Positions 12,433 through 26,999 of a stretch of DNA of 58,513 bases are shown one piece after another. Both the position numbers and the translations under genes were made by a program. The notes beneath the pieces are model-generated. The model was not told the DNA's origin, did not search any database, and was given only the letters and a program-made list of their open reading frames with translations. Every line of letters begins with the position of its first letter. Position 1 is the stretch's first letter. The DNA is from Octopus bimaculoides (taxonomy: Eukaryota): contig NC_069003.1 of assembly GCF_001194135.2 (NCBI RefSeq), positions 28,245,233 through 28,303,745 of the forward strand, read 5' to 3'.

Positions 12433-15420
12433 TAGCACACTCATAGAATTGATAATACTGAAAACAGCAAGACATACACAGGCGAAGTTCAAGTGAAATG
12501 AAATGCCGTCAACATAGGTGCAAAACATACTTTCTGTAGCATAGATATGCTTTAAAAAAATTTTTAATGGAATATTTCTTTTGGAAATATTCTAGTGTTG
12601 GAAAGTCACCAATTTAGCAATAGTTACTATGCATTACCAATGTAACCTATGCATAATCAATGCAATACCTAGATTTTCTACAGCAGCAGAATTTCAATCT
12701 TTAATTCCAACTTTAATTCCAGAATGTAGATAGTCTTGAGCTCAGGCTGAGCGCTGCATTGGAAATACTCTGATTTCCTACCCTTCAGGACTACAGTATA
12801 TGTATGCATACATATATACACACATATATATATATAGACACACACATTCACACACACATACATACATATGTATATACCATGCACATGCATTTGTGCATGA
12901 GCATTGTAACGAAACCCCAGTATCTCAAATCATGTGCAAAGCAATTTTCAAAAATATAAGAGTGCTAAAAGAGTTATATCTTAAAGATGACACCATGAAA
13001 AAGTAAGATTATGTAATCACTACTGGCCTTATTTAAACTATCGTTATAGGAATTTATTTCATCTGAATTTCATTGCAACAGAAGGTAAGAATGATTAGAG
13101 TAATGAAAATAAATAAAAACAAACTGATCGCTTTAAAATTTAATTGAACTATTTTTGCCTATACCATGTTAAATTTAGTGTTATGTTTTCCAAGTGATTT
13201 CAAGAAGATATCATCCAGTGTCTTCATTAATAATCTCTGCAACAGGATACAATTTTAATCTCATCAGATTCCTATGTTTTAACAATGGAAGTTGGAATAC
13301 GAAATATGCAACAGAAAAGTTAAAGTAAAAGAATTACATGAATATTTTTGTGTGTGTACGAATTCAAACTTCATCTATATACGTAGTCATATATATTTAG
13401 GCACTTATTGACAATGTTTGTGACAAAAAATCTAAAACCATTTTTTGATTAAATTCTGATGTAAACACAACAGGTGTCAGCATACTAAACAGTGGAATGG
13501 ATAGAATCACTATTAGAAGTTACTATTATAAACAATTTCTGTATAGCAAAACTTCCAATTACATCTTTTAAATATTCAATCTAATTGAATAGTTTAGATA
13601 TTTTAAATATTCAATTTAATTTGCAACAATGAATACTGAAAAAATTTTTTGTCACAGTCACATTTAAACGTTTGCCAGCTTACAAATATTTTTCACTCAT
13701 CCATAAATCAAGTCTCAACACTTATAGAAAATCATGATCTCTGCACAAATATATTAAAATCAATCTTAATGATTCCAACATTTTTTCACATCATTGTATA
13801 TGCTTCATAACAACCTTTATTTTATAAACCTTCAAATATTCAAAATTCATTCATCAGTCATAGCTCTGGTAATTGTGTCAACTACTTTTTGAAGCAAATG
13901 TGATTTCCCTCATTCCACTACAGCAAAGATACAGATCTTCGTATCTTACATAAAGTCTATGTTTAGCAAACCATAAGCAGCTGTACATAAAAAGAAAATT
14001 CTTTATGGCTTAGTAAGAAGAGCAATGCCTATACAACCTTTTGCAAGGCCACTAAGACGAGAGTCCCAGCCTCAAAATTGGCAAAAGAATGTACTAAATA
14101 TTACCTGACAAGAGTCAGGCAATGACATTAAACTCAGTGATGGATTAAGTCTACCACCCAAAATCCCTAACAGCTCCTTTAATGGGATTCTTTACAGTTC
14201 CTATCTATCAAATTTCATTTAGAAAGTTTTGATCAACCTGGGGTCAAAGACAGTTGGCCAAGATGACATGCAATACCAATATAAATTTCCTATCATGACC
14301 AGATTTTCTGATCTTTCCAAAAAGGATGCCCAGTGAAACATCCCTTAAACCAAATATTTATGCTACTGCTAGTCCTCCACTCAAAGGCACTACAAATACC
14401 TCTTCCGCTCCATTTTATACTCAAACAACAAATCATTTCCCATTTTAAGCCATTTCTTCTGAACATTAATCACTATTTCAATGTAAAAATCATTACTCAA
14501 TGTAAAAATTTCTTTAGTCACATATGTTCTGCATGGTGATTAGCCCAGGTGCTATATCAACCATCATTCCAAAACTAAGAGCTCCTAAACTGGTTTCTAA
14601 CTCTGACAAAAATTTTAAACATTTTGTGTAAATTGGTATGGATCTTAAAACATGGAAACACACATAAGTGTTTCCAAGAAACATCACTGATCCACTTATA
14701 AAATTAGAGCTCATTTTGATTTATTATTTCAAATTTAAATAAGCACTAACATTACCAGCCCAAATCTCTTTCTCTTTCATGCAATGCTGATTGGACTTTC
14801 ATTAGAGACTACTTCATGATCATCCCTTTTCCTATGTTGTTGCTTTTGCTGACAGGTCTAAAAAACCAGCAATATAGACTGAAAGCTTCCAATTAGATTT
14901 TGTTATTCTAGAAAATGTTGACACGTGTGTATCTTATAGATCAGTTATTCCATTAACATTTTTTTCTTTCTTTACTGTAACCTTTCACTTAACAAGCTTA
15001 ATATGTTTACTCTCTTGTCCATATAAATTCTTAAAACCACTTGGCAGATGTACATCTTCATAAAAATAGAGACTTAAAACTATACTACAATGGAAACAAG
15101 ATAATTTTGACTGAGCAAAACACAAGGAAACAAGCCCACAACACTAGTTTCACTGATCATGAACAATAAATCCTCACGTTCACTACAAATGTTATGTCTT
15201 AATTTCTTTGATGAAATCTTATAACAACTGCATATACGACACAGTCAAAGTTGCATCATTAGTAAGCAGTTTCTTTTTCAACCTTATCAGTTGATGGCTC
15301 ATAAATAATGTAAGTTTGTTAGTGAGCAAAACTTTTATAAGAGAATGGATACACAAGGTAACTGACCCACGGTTTTATTGGCCTTTACTGAAAGGTAGGA
15401 AATTTTTCCTATTATTAATT

Positions 15421-16041
15421 AGGACACTAAACTCTGTTTGCGAAGACCTGTTAAGGCAAGTGAATTGAAATCGAAATCAAACCAAATTCGATGACTGGCA
15501 CCCATGCCAACCTCTCCCTCATTGGACATTAAACTCTGCTTGCGAAGACCTGTTGGGGCAAGTGAAATCGAAATCATAATTGAACCATATTCGAAGACCA
15601 GCACCTGTGCCAGTGGAGCACTAACAGCACCGTCCAAGCGTGATCATTGCCAGGGCAGCAGTCTGGCTTCCATGCTAGTGGCACGTAAATAGCACCATTT
15701 GAGCGTGATCGTTACCAGCGTCACCTACTGGCACTTGTGCTGGTGGCATGTTAGAAAATCATTTGAGTGAGGTCGTTGCCAGTGCCGCTCGACTGGCTAC
15801 TGTGCAGGTGGCACGTAAAAAACACCATGTTGAGCATGGCCGTTGCCAGTACCTTGTGGGTGGCACGTAAAAGCACCCACTACACTCTCAGAGTGGTTGG
15901 CATCCAGCTGTAGAAACTCTGTCAGATCAGATTGGAGCCTGGTGCAGCCATCCGGTTCACCAGTTCTCAGTCAAATCGTCCAACCCATGCTAGCATGGAA
16001 AGCGGATGTTAAACGATGATGATGATGATGATGATGATGAT
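15421..16041 (+). mobile_element. RTE LINE 3' UTR copy with internal tandem units and (GAT)n tail
   Basis: aaactctg(t/c)ttgcgaagacctgtt...caagtgaa occurs twice (15421, 15524) and matches the reverse complement of 37120-37175. It is followed by gtggcacgtaaa-agcacc subrepeats and aacccatgctagcatggaaagcggatgttaaac-(gat)n. Confidence 0.85.
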
Positions 16042-16205
16042 GTGTCAGGTATTATCAGTAAACAAAAATAAAAACTACATTATTTTGATAATAATTATGA
16101 CAGTACCAAAGATCTAAAAGTAAAATTGAATGAAATATTAAATAACTAAATTTCTTCATTCAACCTAATTATGACAGAATAAGAATATAAATTAATATAA
16201 CTCAC

Positions 16206-16754
16206 CTGGGCATATTGACGTGATAATATTTGGTAGATTTTGTCCCAAATGTTGAGTACTTTTAGTTTTGAAGATAGTGGTATTTATTGCAATCTGCTTT
16301 AATCCATTAATTCCAAGCCCAACAGCATATAAATTATAACTGGTAGCTTTTGTACCTGTATTCTTTTGAAGAATCTTTTGCATACCGCTTTTGGAAATTT
16401 TATCAGTTAGAAAAATTACAATGTTATCTACATCTGGACGGTCTCCATTTTGAAGTGAAAACATCTTTTTTTTTATAATTTTGAAAGCTTTTGACACAAA
16501 GGGCTCACTTCGTACAAAAGTTACATTACTAATTGATCTGTATATGGCAGCTTTTGTTTGAAAGCTGTTTAAATCAAACCGTACAAGCTGTTTTGAAGTA
16601 TACATCAATAATCCTATCCTCACATTACCTGAATCAATCTCAAAATATTTCAAAATTTCTTTCAGAAAATTCATCAAGTGCTGGAAATCTACTGCTGTAG
16701 CTTTCAAAGATGTTCCAACAAAAAATATAGCATCAGCTTTTAATGATTGACATT
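16206..16754 (-). CDS. vWA domain exon (549 bp, phase 1-1) of the minus-strand gene; degenerate MIDAS
   Basis: Acceptor tttttattccag| at 16756-16755; donor CCAG|gtgagt at 16205. Reads ECQSLKADAIFFVGTSLKAT...IDSGNVRIGLLMYT...QNGDRPDVDNIVIFLTDK...TSICP. Confidence 0.92.
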
Positions 16755-17491
16755 CTGGAATAAAAAGCTTTAAAATGATATTATCATTATTACTTCTAGA
16801 GAAGATACTGCTTGTTATTTTTCTACTTTGCAAAATATATTGTTTCTTCCAATCAATCATTTACAGAAGCAACATCTATTAGAATTTAACAAGGACTTCA
16901 AAGCAACTTCAAATTCTGAACAGTAAATTATTACATAAATTTTAATTGTTTACAAAGTAGCAAAAGTATTATTTCTAATGTGAAATAATATTTTCATTAA
17001 TTCTATTTGTATATCTCAGACAGCTATTAATGCATTTATCAAATGGAGACAAAACGATAAATGTATTTGTAGACATATTTATAGATCGTTTTTCTAAGGA
17101 ATAAATAACAGCTTGCATTACAGAAAGAAATACACTATTTCTGTGTTGCAATGTTCTATTAACATTGTAAAACTAAATCTAAACTAAAGAGATGCATGCA
17201 ATTTCACATCCAGATTATTATCTAATGACTACATTCACTTACAAAAATAAATCAAGGCACTATTTTATGCAACTATCCAGTATATTTTGGGCAACTATTC
17301 AGTGTATCACATGAAATCATCCAGATTATATTAATATTTTGATTATATAGTGTCTATTAAAAGATGTAAAATAATTAAAGTAGTTTGACAGTATATGGTA
17401 GAGAATATTTGTTCATTTATTTCATGTCCACTTTATACAGCTTAGATAAATGTATATTATTGATGCATTCTTTTACAAGATGCCCTTCCGG

Positions 17492-17560
17492 CCATACCTG
17501 TTTTTTGGGTAAGGGATTTCCACTAACCCATACTTGTTTTTCAGGTAAGGGATTTCCACT
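17492..17560. repeat. Two-copy 36-bp tandem repeat
   Basis: ccatac(c/t)tgttttt(tg/ca)ggtaagggatttccact at 17492 and 17528. Confidence 0.85.
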
Positions 17561-17663
17561 TGTCTTCAAAAGTAGTACAGAGGTAATAGATGATCAACTG
17601 ACATATAATTGTCAACAAAAGATAGTGCCTGTATCTCAGCTCATGCAGAACATAAACGTTCAT

Positions 17664-17708
<45 letters not shown>

Positions 17709-17738
17709 GAGAGCTTGTATAGTTTCTATCTACCAAAT

Positions 17739-17863
17739 TGACTCACAAGGCATCTGTCACACCAGGATTATAGTAAAAGACACTTGACTAATGTGCCACA
17801 CAGTGGGACCAAACCTAAAATCAAGTGGTTGCAAAGCAGACTTCTTAACCACACAGCTATGCC
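17739..17863 (-). mobile_element. tRNA-derived SINE 5' part (same family as 57795-58200)
   Basis: gacacttgactaatgtgccacacagtgggaccaaacc...aagcagacttcttaaccacacagc is the diverged reverse complement of the head at 57797-57870. Confidence 0.7.
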
Positions 17864-18469
17864 AGTTAAGGCAGATAATATTAAATAGTCTTAGAATGCA
17901 TTTTCAAAGTCAGAACAATATTTTCTAGTTTCTACTTATTTTTGATATGCAAATCTAAAGTGTGTAAAGGTAAAAATTGAGAATTATAAACTTATATTTT
18001 ATGCACATCACTTCATACACTACATTTAGTTATGTATGTTTGAAAACAAAAAAAATTGAAATGCAGTTATCTGTGGTTACACTGTATTCCATTTTAATGT
18101 GTGAATGAGAACTGAGCATAAACCTATCACTAAACAGTATAAAGGTATATGAAATAAAAGACATTCACAAACATATACTGTGTACATCTAATTTAACTAT
18201 ATACATACCAATATATGTAAATGCTATGAAACTACAAACAGAACAGAAGAACATGAATGAAAATCAAAATAAAGAGATGCTTTTAAACTAATGGAACAGA
18301 ACTGAAGATTTCACAACCAACTCATGAGAATAAACACCAGGAAAATATATTAAAATATTATAAAGATGTTCTTGTGGAGCAATACATTCTGAAGAACACT
18401 TTGTTACTTATGACTAGCACTGATGAAATTATTAAGAAAAATTAGGAGAATCAGATACAGCCTTTGCAA

Positions 18470-19030
18470 TGGAACCCCTATCTCACTCAGGACATTGACC
18501 TCCTGAAAATTATTCAGAGACATGCAACCAAGTGAATACCCTCCATCAGGCATTTATTATACTCTGAATGCCTTACTTCCCTGGTTATAGATACATTGAA
18601 GCTCCAGCATCTGGCAACTGACTTGATAAACACCCATAAAATTACTAACCATCATGCCAACAACCACCTTGAGCACCTTTTTTTAGCTCCATATGTCTAA
18701 CACATGTGGACATGTCTACAAAGTCAGAAAACAGCACAGCTCCCATGACTTTCAGAAACATTTTTTCACATTCAGAATTGCTGAAGCATGGGACAAGTTA
18801 CTTGCATCAATTGTTAATCACTGAGACATCACATCCTTTAAAATCTCCATGCCTCCTGAAATTCGCCAACACTACACCTAATATCCACTCTCTCCATATG
18901 CATACACACATGTATATCATGACTCATACAGTGTTCACTTTCCGGACTTTTGTAAATAATTCTATGTACTGTACATGCACCTTTGTTGAGTTGTAGTGTA
19001 CCTGAGCACCAGACATAATATTTTCATTAT
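18470..19030 (+). mobile_element. CR1/L2-like LINE 3' end, decayed
   Basis: Translates TCGHVYKVRKQHSSHDFQKHFFTFRIAEAWDKLLASIVN...TSFK, the typical RGH..K...R..FF..R....WN.LP C-terminal motif of CR1-group ORF2. Confidence 0.75.
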
Positions 19031-21666
19031 TATCATATTTAATTGTCACTGAATCCTGAACCACACATAAGTGCAATTCAAAAGATGTCATTGTTTAGGA
19101 TCAATAAATAGGAACTTGGCACTCCTGTCTGTGAGAAACAAAGCTTAACCACATTTCAGAATAATCTTATCAAAAGACCTCCTGTTTACACCATATGTGT
19201 TGATTTTTATTATATACTGAGTGAATTTCTTCAGATTTTCTTTAATTTATAAGTGGTGAGTTAGAATTCACTGATATTATTCATTAATGATTAATTTCTT
19301 ATTAATTATTTAATTAGAGAAAGAGAACTTGGATTTGGATAAATAATCAGTGTTATTTCAATGTCATCTGCATACATCAGTGATCTAAGTGATTCTGATT
19401 GGAATTAATGATGTGGACCTTACAAAACCTTTGAATTTAGAAACAAACACTGTTGGATTTTTTTTTTCTCAGCTTTTTCCTGAAGAAATTTTTATCAGGA
19501 TGAGCAATGAGAGTAAAAAGTATGTACATCAGTCAACAGGGTAATGTTGCTTTCATTACACCAATGGAGATGAAGACATATTTCAGAATGCATTTTCTAA
19601 TGGTAGTTGTACAGCTTGCAGGTTACAGAGAAAGATGGAACACAAATTTAGGCTCTGAGACAGGGATTCAGCACCCAGAAATTGATATCTTGTAAATATA
19701 TATGAAAACACCTAAGTGTAATTAACTTATTTATATTCAAACTTCCTGAGCAGACGACAATGATATAACAAGTAAAAATCAACAACAGATAAAAACTACA
19801 TTCAAACCACATTGTAAACAACACTAGTCATTACATACTATCACCAGGATTCATCGAAATCCAATAGTTATATTTTATGCAATAGTTATATTTTTATGAT
19901 ATTTGTAGTAGACTAACTGCATTTCATGAAAATCTCTGATTTCTAAGAAGATTGAGAAAGTAATATAAAACAGCAATAGAATTTTAAAATTAAATAGTAT
20001 AAAAAAATGTTTCGCCAAAAGACTCAGCCAAACTAGCTATTACTGAGAAATTTGTTAATAGATGGACCATTATAATTCAACAATACAATGAAGTACAAGA
20101 AATAAATAATGATACAAATAGTTCAACAACTTTATAAAACCAACCTTTATACAGCTCTACATTTGTTGACCTCAGTTACCTAAAAATCTCAAAATTTCTA
20201 GCTCCATATTCATTTGAATGTCCACACACCAAACCCTTAAAGATTATTAAAATAATATACTGAATTGAATGTTCCACTCCCACAAATTTAATACTCTCTT
20301 CACTCATATGTAGGTTATATAAGTATATATTTACTATTTACTTTCCTTTATCCATTATTTTTATATGTTGTAATGTATATTAATCTAGACAGAAATATGT
20401 AACTGAATATAGAACATTACTGGATAAATAACCATTTAATCTTTCCTATTTAAATTATTTAATTATCTATTTCATAATCAGTTAAAGAAGTTTATCTAAA
20501 GTGAAGTTGTCACTGCAACCCCATTAATGTCTGACAGAAATATAATAAGTAGTTAACTAAACAGTAGCTACTTGTTAAATTGGATGATATTCATATCAAT
20601 CTAAATGGGTCTTTTAATAGACTAGTGGGATGAAATTATTTCATTGATAGTCAAAACAACTTGTTAATGATTAATCAGCTTACAAGAAACAGCATCTACC
20701 TCTCTTGCAAATCATACTCTATTATCTTAAATAAGAAAATGACACATTGAATAAAGTCTCTTGCACACAAACACAGTCCTAACCATTTGATTAGGGTTAA
20801 TGCGAGGTTAAACAATGACATAGGTGGTAGGCTTAATCTATCACCTGATTTAACACAGCACCTGACCCTTGGATAACTTCAGCAGATTCCAGTCTGAAGC
20901 AAACTAGGTTTCTGATCTGAGGATAACTTCTCTATTTCCTAAGAGTCAAAAAAGCCCTGAGAAGGGTCATGGGTATTATCCTTCCACTCCTGATAAAGCC
21001 ATTAGAAAACTGAAAAATCACTGCACATCAGAATTTAAATGGAATATAAATTATGTTATTCATGAAGTGTATCACAGATAGATACAGGAAATTTGGTTCT
21101 ATAAAAGCCATTAAATTCACTTGCAAAAGTTCTAAATGCATTTTCCTACACATTTAGAAGAAAACATTTCAAAGTATATTTATAAAATTCACATTGATGG
21201 ACTTTGTTGTGTCCTGCGGTCTTAGAATTGGTATAGCATGTAGTAGACTTTATATATCTAAAAAAAGACAGTTTGAATATTCAACAAGTGCTTTGAATGC
21301 ACATGCAAAATATAAGCAGCATTCAATAAATACATGCAAAAATCTATTTAGTGCAAAAAGTAATTTTGTTTGGTTTTTTTCAAATAAATTTAAGAATATC
21401 AGAATGTAAAATTCAGTCTGACATCCAGTTGAATTCTAATGAAACAATTAAGTAATTATAATACAAGCTGTGGAAAAATACACCTGAAAGAAAATAATGA
21501 CATTTTGCAACAAAAGTAGTTACTGGACTGAGAATGGCACAAAAAGAATGAACTGAGACAATTCCCTTTAAAAACTATATTATCTTAATCACTTAAATGC
21601 TTGTGAACAAATATATACTTTTGTGGTTTGAAAACATACATTTCTGCAGATTAATAAGAACAGAAT

Positions 21667-21719
<53 letters not shown>

Positions 21720-23257
21720 ATATACACAAACACATACACACACATATATACAGCAAATTCATATCCATTTAATTTGTTGATTCTTTAAACTGTATTTGCA
21801 AATTTATGAAGGGCTTATAGATTTTAAATGAAAGAAAAATCTTATATTTTAGGGGAACAACTGATAAGTGTTTGCCGATTTTTTATCACTCATACAAACT
21901 TTTAGTCTTTATATCTTTGTTGTTTTTCTATACAACCATCAAACATTCTTTATTGAAAAGAATATAACATGGGAAGCAAATTAATGTTAATTATTCTTTA
22001 TTTGAAATCTTTGGCTTATTGTAAAAACTAAAAGGCTACTCACTTCTAGCAGTGAGGTGGGGTCCACAGTTTCTTCTCAGATTTTTAGGTGAAAATATAG
22101 TTAAACAATAGGTATGAATAAAGTACTGATCATAGAAAATATCTCTGTTAAATACTAATTAATTTTCCAATGCAAGTCTAATCAGGATAAAGCAGTTTAA
22201 AGAATGTGAAAGGAAGACACAGAAGATGGTTTATTTGAAACAAATAGAAATGTCAATAGCAAATAGAGAAGCAGCTTTCCAACAAGTATAGAGTAAGTGT
22301 TACTAAATTTTACTCTAGTATGCTTAATTACATTAATAAACAACTAATTAGTAGATACGTGCATATATTCATTAAATTAGTGTTACAGAAGTTTTCTTAA
22401 CACAATTGCTCTTCAGTTAAAGAGTTACTGCAAGAATTTAGTTTTGAAGTAATTAATCAGGAATTAAATATGGTTAAATGAAAGTAGAACTAAATATACC
22501 ATAAAACATAACAAAAACAATAGGAGTGTTGAAATTGAAATGGAAATATTTTATATAATTAGTAAATTTTGTCTTTGTTACTATATAGTTTGTTCAGTTA
22601 AATAAACAGTGTAAGAATATGCTGCAAAATTTAAATGGTGCAAATTTGTCCATGTTGAATATTGCAGATATCTTATGTAATGCTATTTTTGTAATTTGTA
22701 ACATGAAGAATTATAAGATAATAAAATCGAAAGATAGTATTCATGTTTATTCATTTAGGTTGTAGCTTTTAGAGTCTTAGCACTACCATTTTTGAAATAA
22801 GTTATTATATATCATTTATCTAAATAGAATTAATTTAAATTTTAGATTTTTAGGTTTTCTTTGTATTAGTTAACTATTTTAGAATGTATCGTAACTTTTC
22901 TTTTTTCTCCAAAAAATTAGGCAACTGATTCATTTTTACAAAGGAATTAATTACTGAAGAGTTTAAAAGTTAATTCTATATCATTTATTTGAAAATTAAA
23001 TGAGTAAGGCTTTCGCCAAGCTGTATAGAGTAAAAAAGATGATTTGATAATTCTGTTATGCACAGAGTAATAAAATATTTCATAAGTCTAGCAAAAAAAG
23101 AGGAAAAATTAGAATTGTCATAAGCTCAAAGAAAGAGACAGAATGACAAATTCATATTTTGAAAACTTAACAAAGGATTTAAATTTTATTCCTTTAGTCT
23201 AGAGACCAGAGAATTTGTTAATAGATTTTATACATCAAACTGTGGCAGATTACTTAC

Positions 23258-23293
23258 CTCTGTTTGTAACTGTGACAGTTGCAACAGGTTGAA
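23258..23293 (-). CDS. 36-nt linker microexon (phase 1-1), xQPVATVTVTNR; most 5' exon found for the minus gene
   Basis: ggtgtcttactcacag|TT CAA CCT GTT GCA ACT GTC ACA GTT ACA AAC AGA G|gtaagt; joins in frame to the vWA exon at 16754 (G+AA=Glu). Confidence 0.78.
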
Positions 23294-24311
23294 CTGTGAG
23301 TAAGACACCAAGGGAAGTTAGTGTCAGACATTTTTAAACAATAAAAATATCAAAAGGATAGGTTTCCTTAATATTTTGATTTAATTTATACTTAATTATA
23401 TCTAATTATATATATATATATATATCACTTTAATTTTTACTTAACATTAAAACCTATTTTATTTTTTAACATAGAACAATTGCAGTTTTAAGATAGCATA
23501 CTATTTTTTATTATTTTCTCATTTTAATAAATTCCTACAAATCATATTAAATAAATATTATGAGAAAACTACTTCACTATTAATATTTATTTTAAGACAT
23601 AAACAACTGTTTACAATTTAAAAATTAATATCTTATTTACGATCATTTATATACTTGAAAAGTTATATACTTTTTTAATTTGTATGCAACTAAAAACAAC
23701 AAGCACTGGGACTATGACTGTATTATGTATGATTCTAACTTAGAACTCAATGACTGTTTTCTTCTAATAAATGGCTTTAAAATTTTATGCAGAAAAGTTT
23801 AGAAAATATTAACTGTGTACACAAAAGTCAGAAGAGTATTTTCAAATTGAATGTATCACTTTCATATGAAATATATAGTTATGAAATGTAAGTAATTTAA
23901 GAAATTTTTGTTTGATATTTCAGTTAAAAATACAGATGAAGAACTGTTGTGAAGAATAGCACACCTTGGAGAAGATACTATGACTAATCTTTAGCATTTT
24001 TGATTTACACAACCTTTGAAATAAATTCTGCATAGACATCAGTTTATCTATAGTATTTAGAAATACTTTTAAATGAATATAAAAGCATGACTGTGTATTC
24101 ATATCGATATACACATTCAAACAGACATCCAGAAAGAAAAGATACAATGTAGGGTGAAAAAGAATGATGAAATAAGTTTAATACATGATTGTAATACTCC
24201 CTATACATTAATATACAGAAGCATTTATAGATATCGAATATAAATAAATGGTAGCTTATATGTATGTATGGAAATATACATGCATAATGACACACACACA
24301 CACACATATAT

Positions 24312-24367
<56 letters not shown>

Positions 24368-24749
24368 TAAATACGCATATATATACACACACATATAGAG
24401 AGAGGGAGAGAGATTATACAGATGTCTGTGTGTATATATGTGTGTGTGCACGCGCTAATATCAAACAGTGAGAATGAGTGCTCAACACACAATAAATATT
24501 CTTTATATGTGGGTTAACCAGGCCTGATTACCCACAGATAAAATACACATATTCATAAAGTATATACATACACACACACACATATATATCTATATATCTA
24601 TATATATATATATATAAAGTATACATATGCACACACACACACACACACACATATTTAATATACATTGATACATATACAAACACACACATGTATAGATATA
24701 TATATATATACATGTGTGCGTGTATATATACATATGTATATATGTATAA

Positions 24750-24780
<31 letters not shown>

Positions 24781-25041
24781 NNNNNNNNNNTATATATATA
24801 TTTATATATATATATATATATATACTTATATATATATATAAACGCAAGTTGTCTGTTTGAATGTTTGTGTCAAGTTGCTGCCTACAACTGTTAACGAATT
24901 TTTGTGAAACTTTACAAAAATGTCTAAGTAACATCCAGTTTGTTACTAGGCTCATTGAAGTTTAGTAAATATCTATAATTGGATGGCTAGGAACCTAGAA
25001 GGGGTCCACGTTTATATCCAATATATTTCCTTTAACGTTCA

Positions 25042-25097
25042 AGGGAAATAACCCATTCATTTTCCTAGCTGAGGGAAATAACCCATTCATTTTCCTA
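25042..25097. repeat. Exact 26-bp direct repeat, period 30
   Basis: agggaaataacccattcattttccta at 25042 and 25072. Confidence 0.9.
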
Positions 25098-25182
25098 TGA
25101 TCACCCTAAAGTTAATGGTCAAGGGATGGAAATTGACAACAGCTGGATCGTGCCCTCCAACTCATTGCTGCAATATATATAT

Positions 25183-25216
<34 letters not shown>

Positions 25217-25616
25217 CATATATATACATGAGTCATGCAATTCTATTAAAATTATTCCATATGTATGTAAATACATCAATAAGGGCTCAGATATGGCGGG
25301 TTTGAGACTTGAACAGGAGGGCAAGCAGGCAGATGAAATTCAGCAATATAAGTTGGGCAGTTATATTTCCACTGAGGACTTCAAAATCTGCAGAGCAAAT
25401 CAAAATTCTTAAAAACTGTGCTAAGCCTGGTGCATTAAATAATCATAGGGAAATTTTCTCAAAATGAGTTTATTTCAAGCACTGCCTACTAGAAAATCAG
25501 GTCTCCCTCTTTGTTGTTTATGCTAATAAGAGACCTTAAGGAAATACATCCTAGCTTCTATTTATCCTTTGGTCCAGGGGAGATAACCCGTTCTCAATAA
25601 CTTTTTTTCTCTGTTG

Positions 25617-25873
25617 TCAGGCATTTTTTGTCTTGGCGTTTCTCTGCCTCTGTAAGGTGAAGAGAAACTCATCTTTGTATATAGTCTGATAAGCTATCCG
25701 CAAGGTTGTAGGTTTCTTGGATATGAAACCATTGGTCACTATATGACCAGACTTTAACCTTGTTTTAATACTTACTGCTTTTAACTTTTTTGATACCAAC
25801 TCGCCTGAAACTGCCTCTGTCTCTGTAGTACAAAAGTTCTGAATTAAAATCTTCCACCAAACCTTAGTCACAA
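25617..25873 (-). mobile_element. Possible CR1/L2-type RT thumb remnant
   Basis: KAVSIKTRLKSGHIVTNGFISKKPTTLRIAYQTIYK loosely resembles the KA..LG.I.R.F.S..P..L..AY motif; truncated by an N gap. Confidence 0.35.
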
Positions 25874-26894
25874 NNNNNNNNNNNNNNNNNNNNNNNNNNN
25901 NNNNNNNNNNNNNNNNNNNNNNNNNNNNNNNNNNNNNNNNNNNNNNNNNNNNNNNNNNNNNNNNNNNNNNNNNGGTTAAAAAAAAAAAGGTAACTATTTT
26001 CAGACGAAGAGGTGTGTGATTAAAAGGAGATTTGGCTGTTGTTTCTAGCATGTCCCATGACCGCTAAGGTTTAGGGTTGATAAAAGTTCATTGAAAATGA
26101 CCTATTTTCCTGAACGTTATGATGAAACAAAGTCAATTCGTGTGAAAAATTCGAATCGCATCTCTCCTCCCCCGAAACGATTTTTCACAGGTAATTCTAG
26201 TATAATCGCATTGTATATTATCTGGAGGATATTTAGTATGAAATATAGTATTATACTCATTTTTAACAAATGTATATTGTACATATTACGATTAAAGGTA
26301 CGGCAGTTAATTTATTCGTAATTGGAGAAATTGGATGCGGGGCTTCCCTTTGTTAAGCAAACAAAATTTGCGCATGCGTATTAATGAAATACTGCGTCGT
26401 CTGCTGGAATCCTGCAAACATGACATGGTGACTACAAGTTGAAACTTTTAGTTATGAACGTTTATTAATTTAAGTATGTTTCTACTGAAAAATAGCGACA
26501 GTTCAATATTTTAAAGGAAAAGAATAATCTTATAACCAGGTATTTCAGTCATTTATTTTTTCCTGAATAGTCTGTGTTAAAGATTTTTTTCTCTTAGATA
26601 TTTTCTTCTATTTTTCATATTTTACCGGGGTAAACGTCAAACGAGAAAGTTATTTTTCATATAAGTATATATATATATTTCGTTTTTGGATTTGGGTTGC
26701 AAGATTTTTTATGCGATTTCGTGTGTTGAAGCATATTCTGTTGTCTCTGGGGAGAGTCATTTTCTTATTGTGCCTTAAAATTTAACACACTCACCGGTAA
26801 AATATATGTAGTGGATCTTGCTTATCGTTACATATATATATATAACGGAACAATAGCTTTTATGTATATGTGTGTGTGTGTAACTGACCAACAG

Positions 26895-26933
<39 letters not shown>

Positions 26934-26999
26934 CTGAAAAATTATGGCTTTCTTTTACCCACTTCCCGGATCGTATTTGTTGACACTATGCACGGTTTT

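Noticed and set aside
12478-12535. Possible minus exon (54 nt) or 3-nt AAA exon
   Set aside because: Weak donor or acceptor context, and the peptide does not resemble the other linkers.
22044-22075. Candidate minus exon (EETVDPTSLLE) with a good GTGAGT donor
   Set aside because: The acceptor is purine-rich, and the length (32 or 29 nt) breaks the phase 1-1 frame unless another unseen exon compensates.
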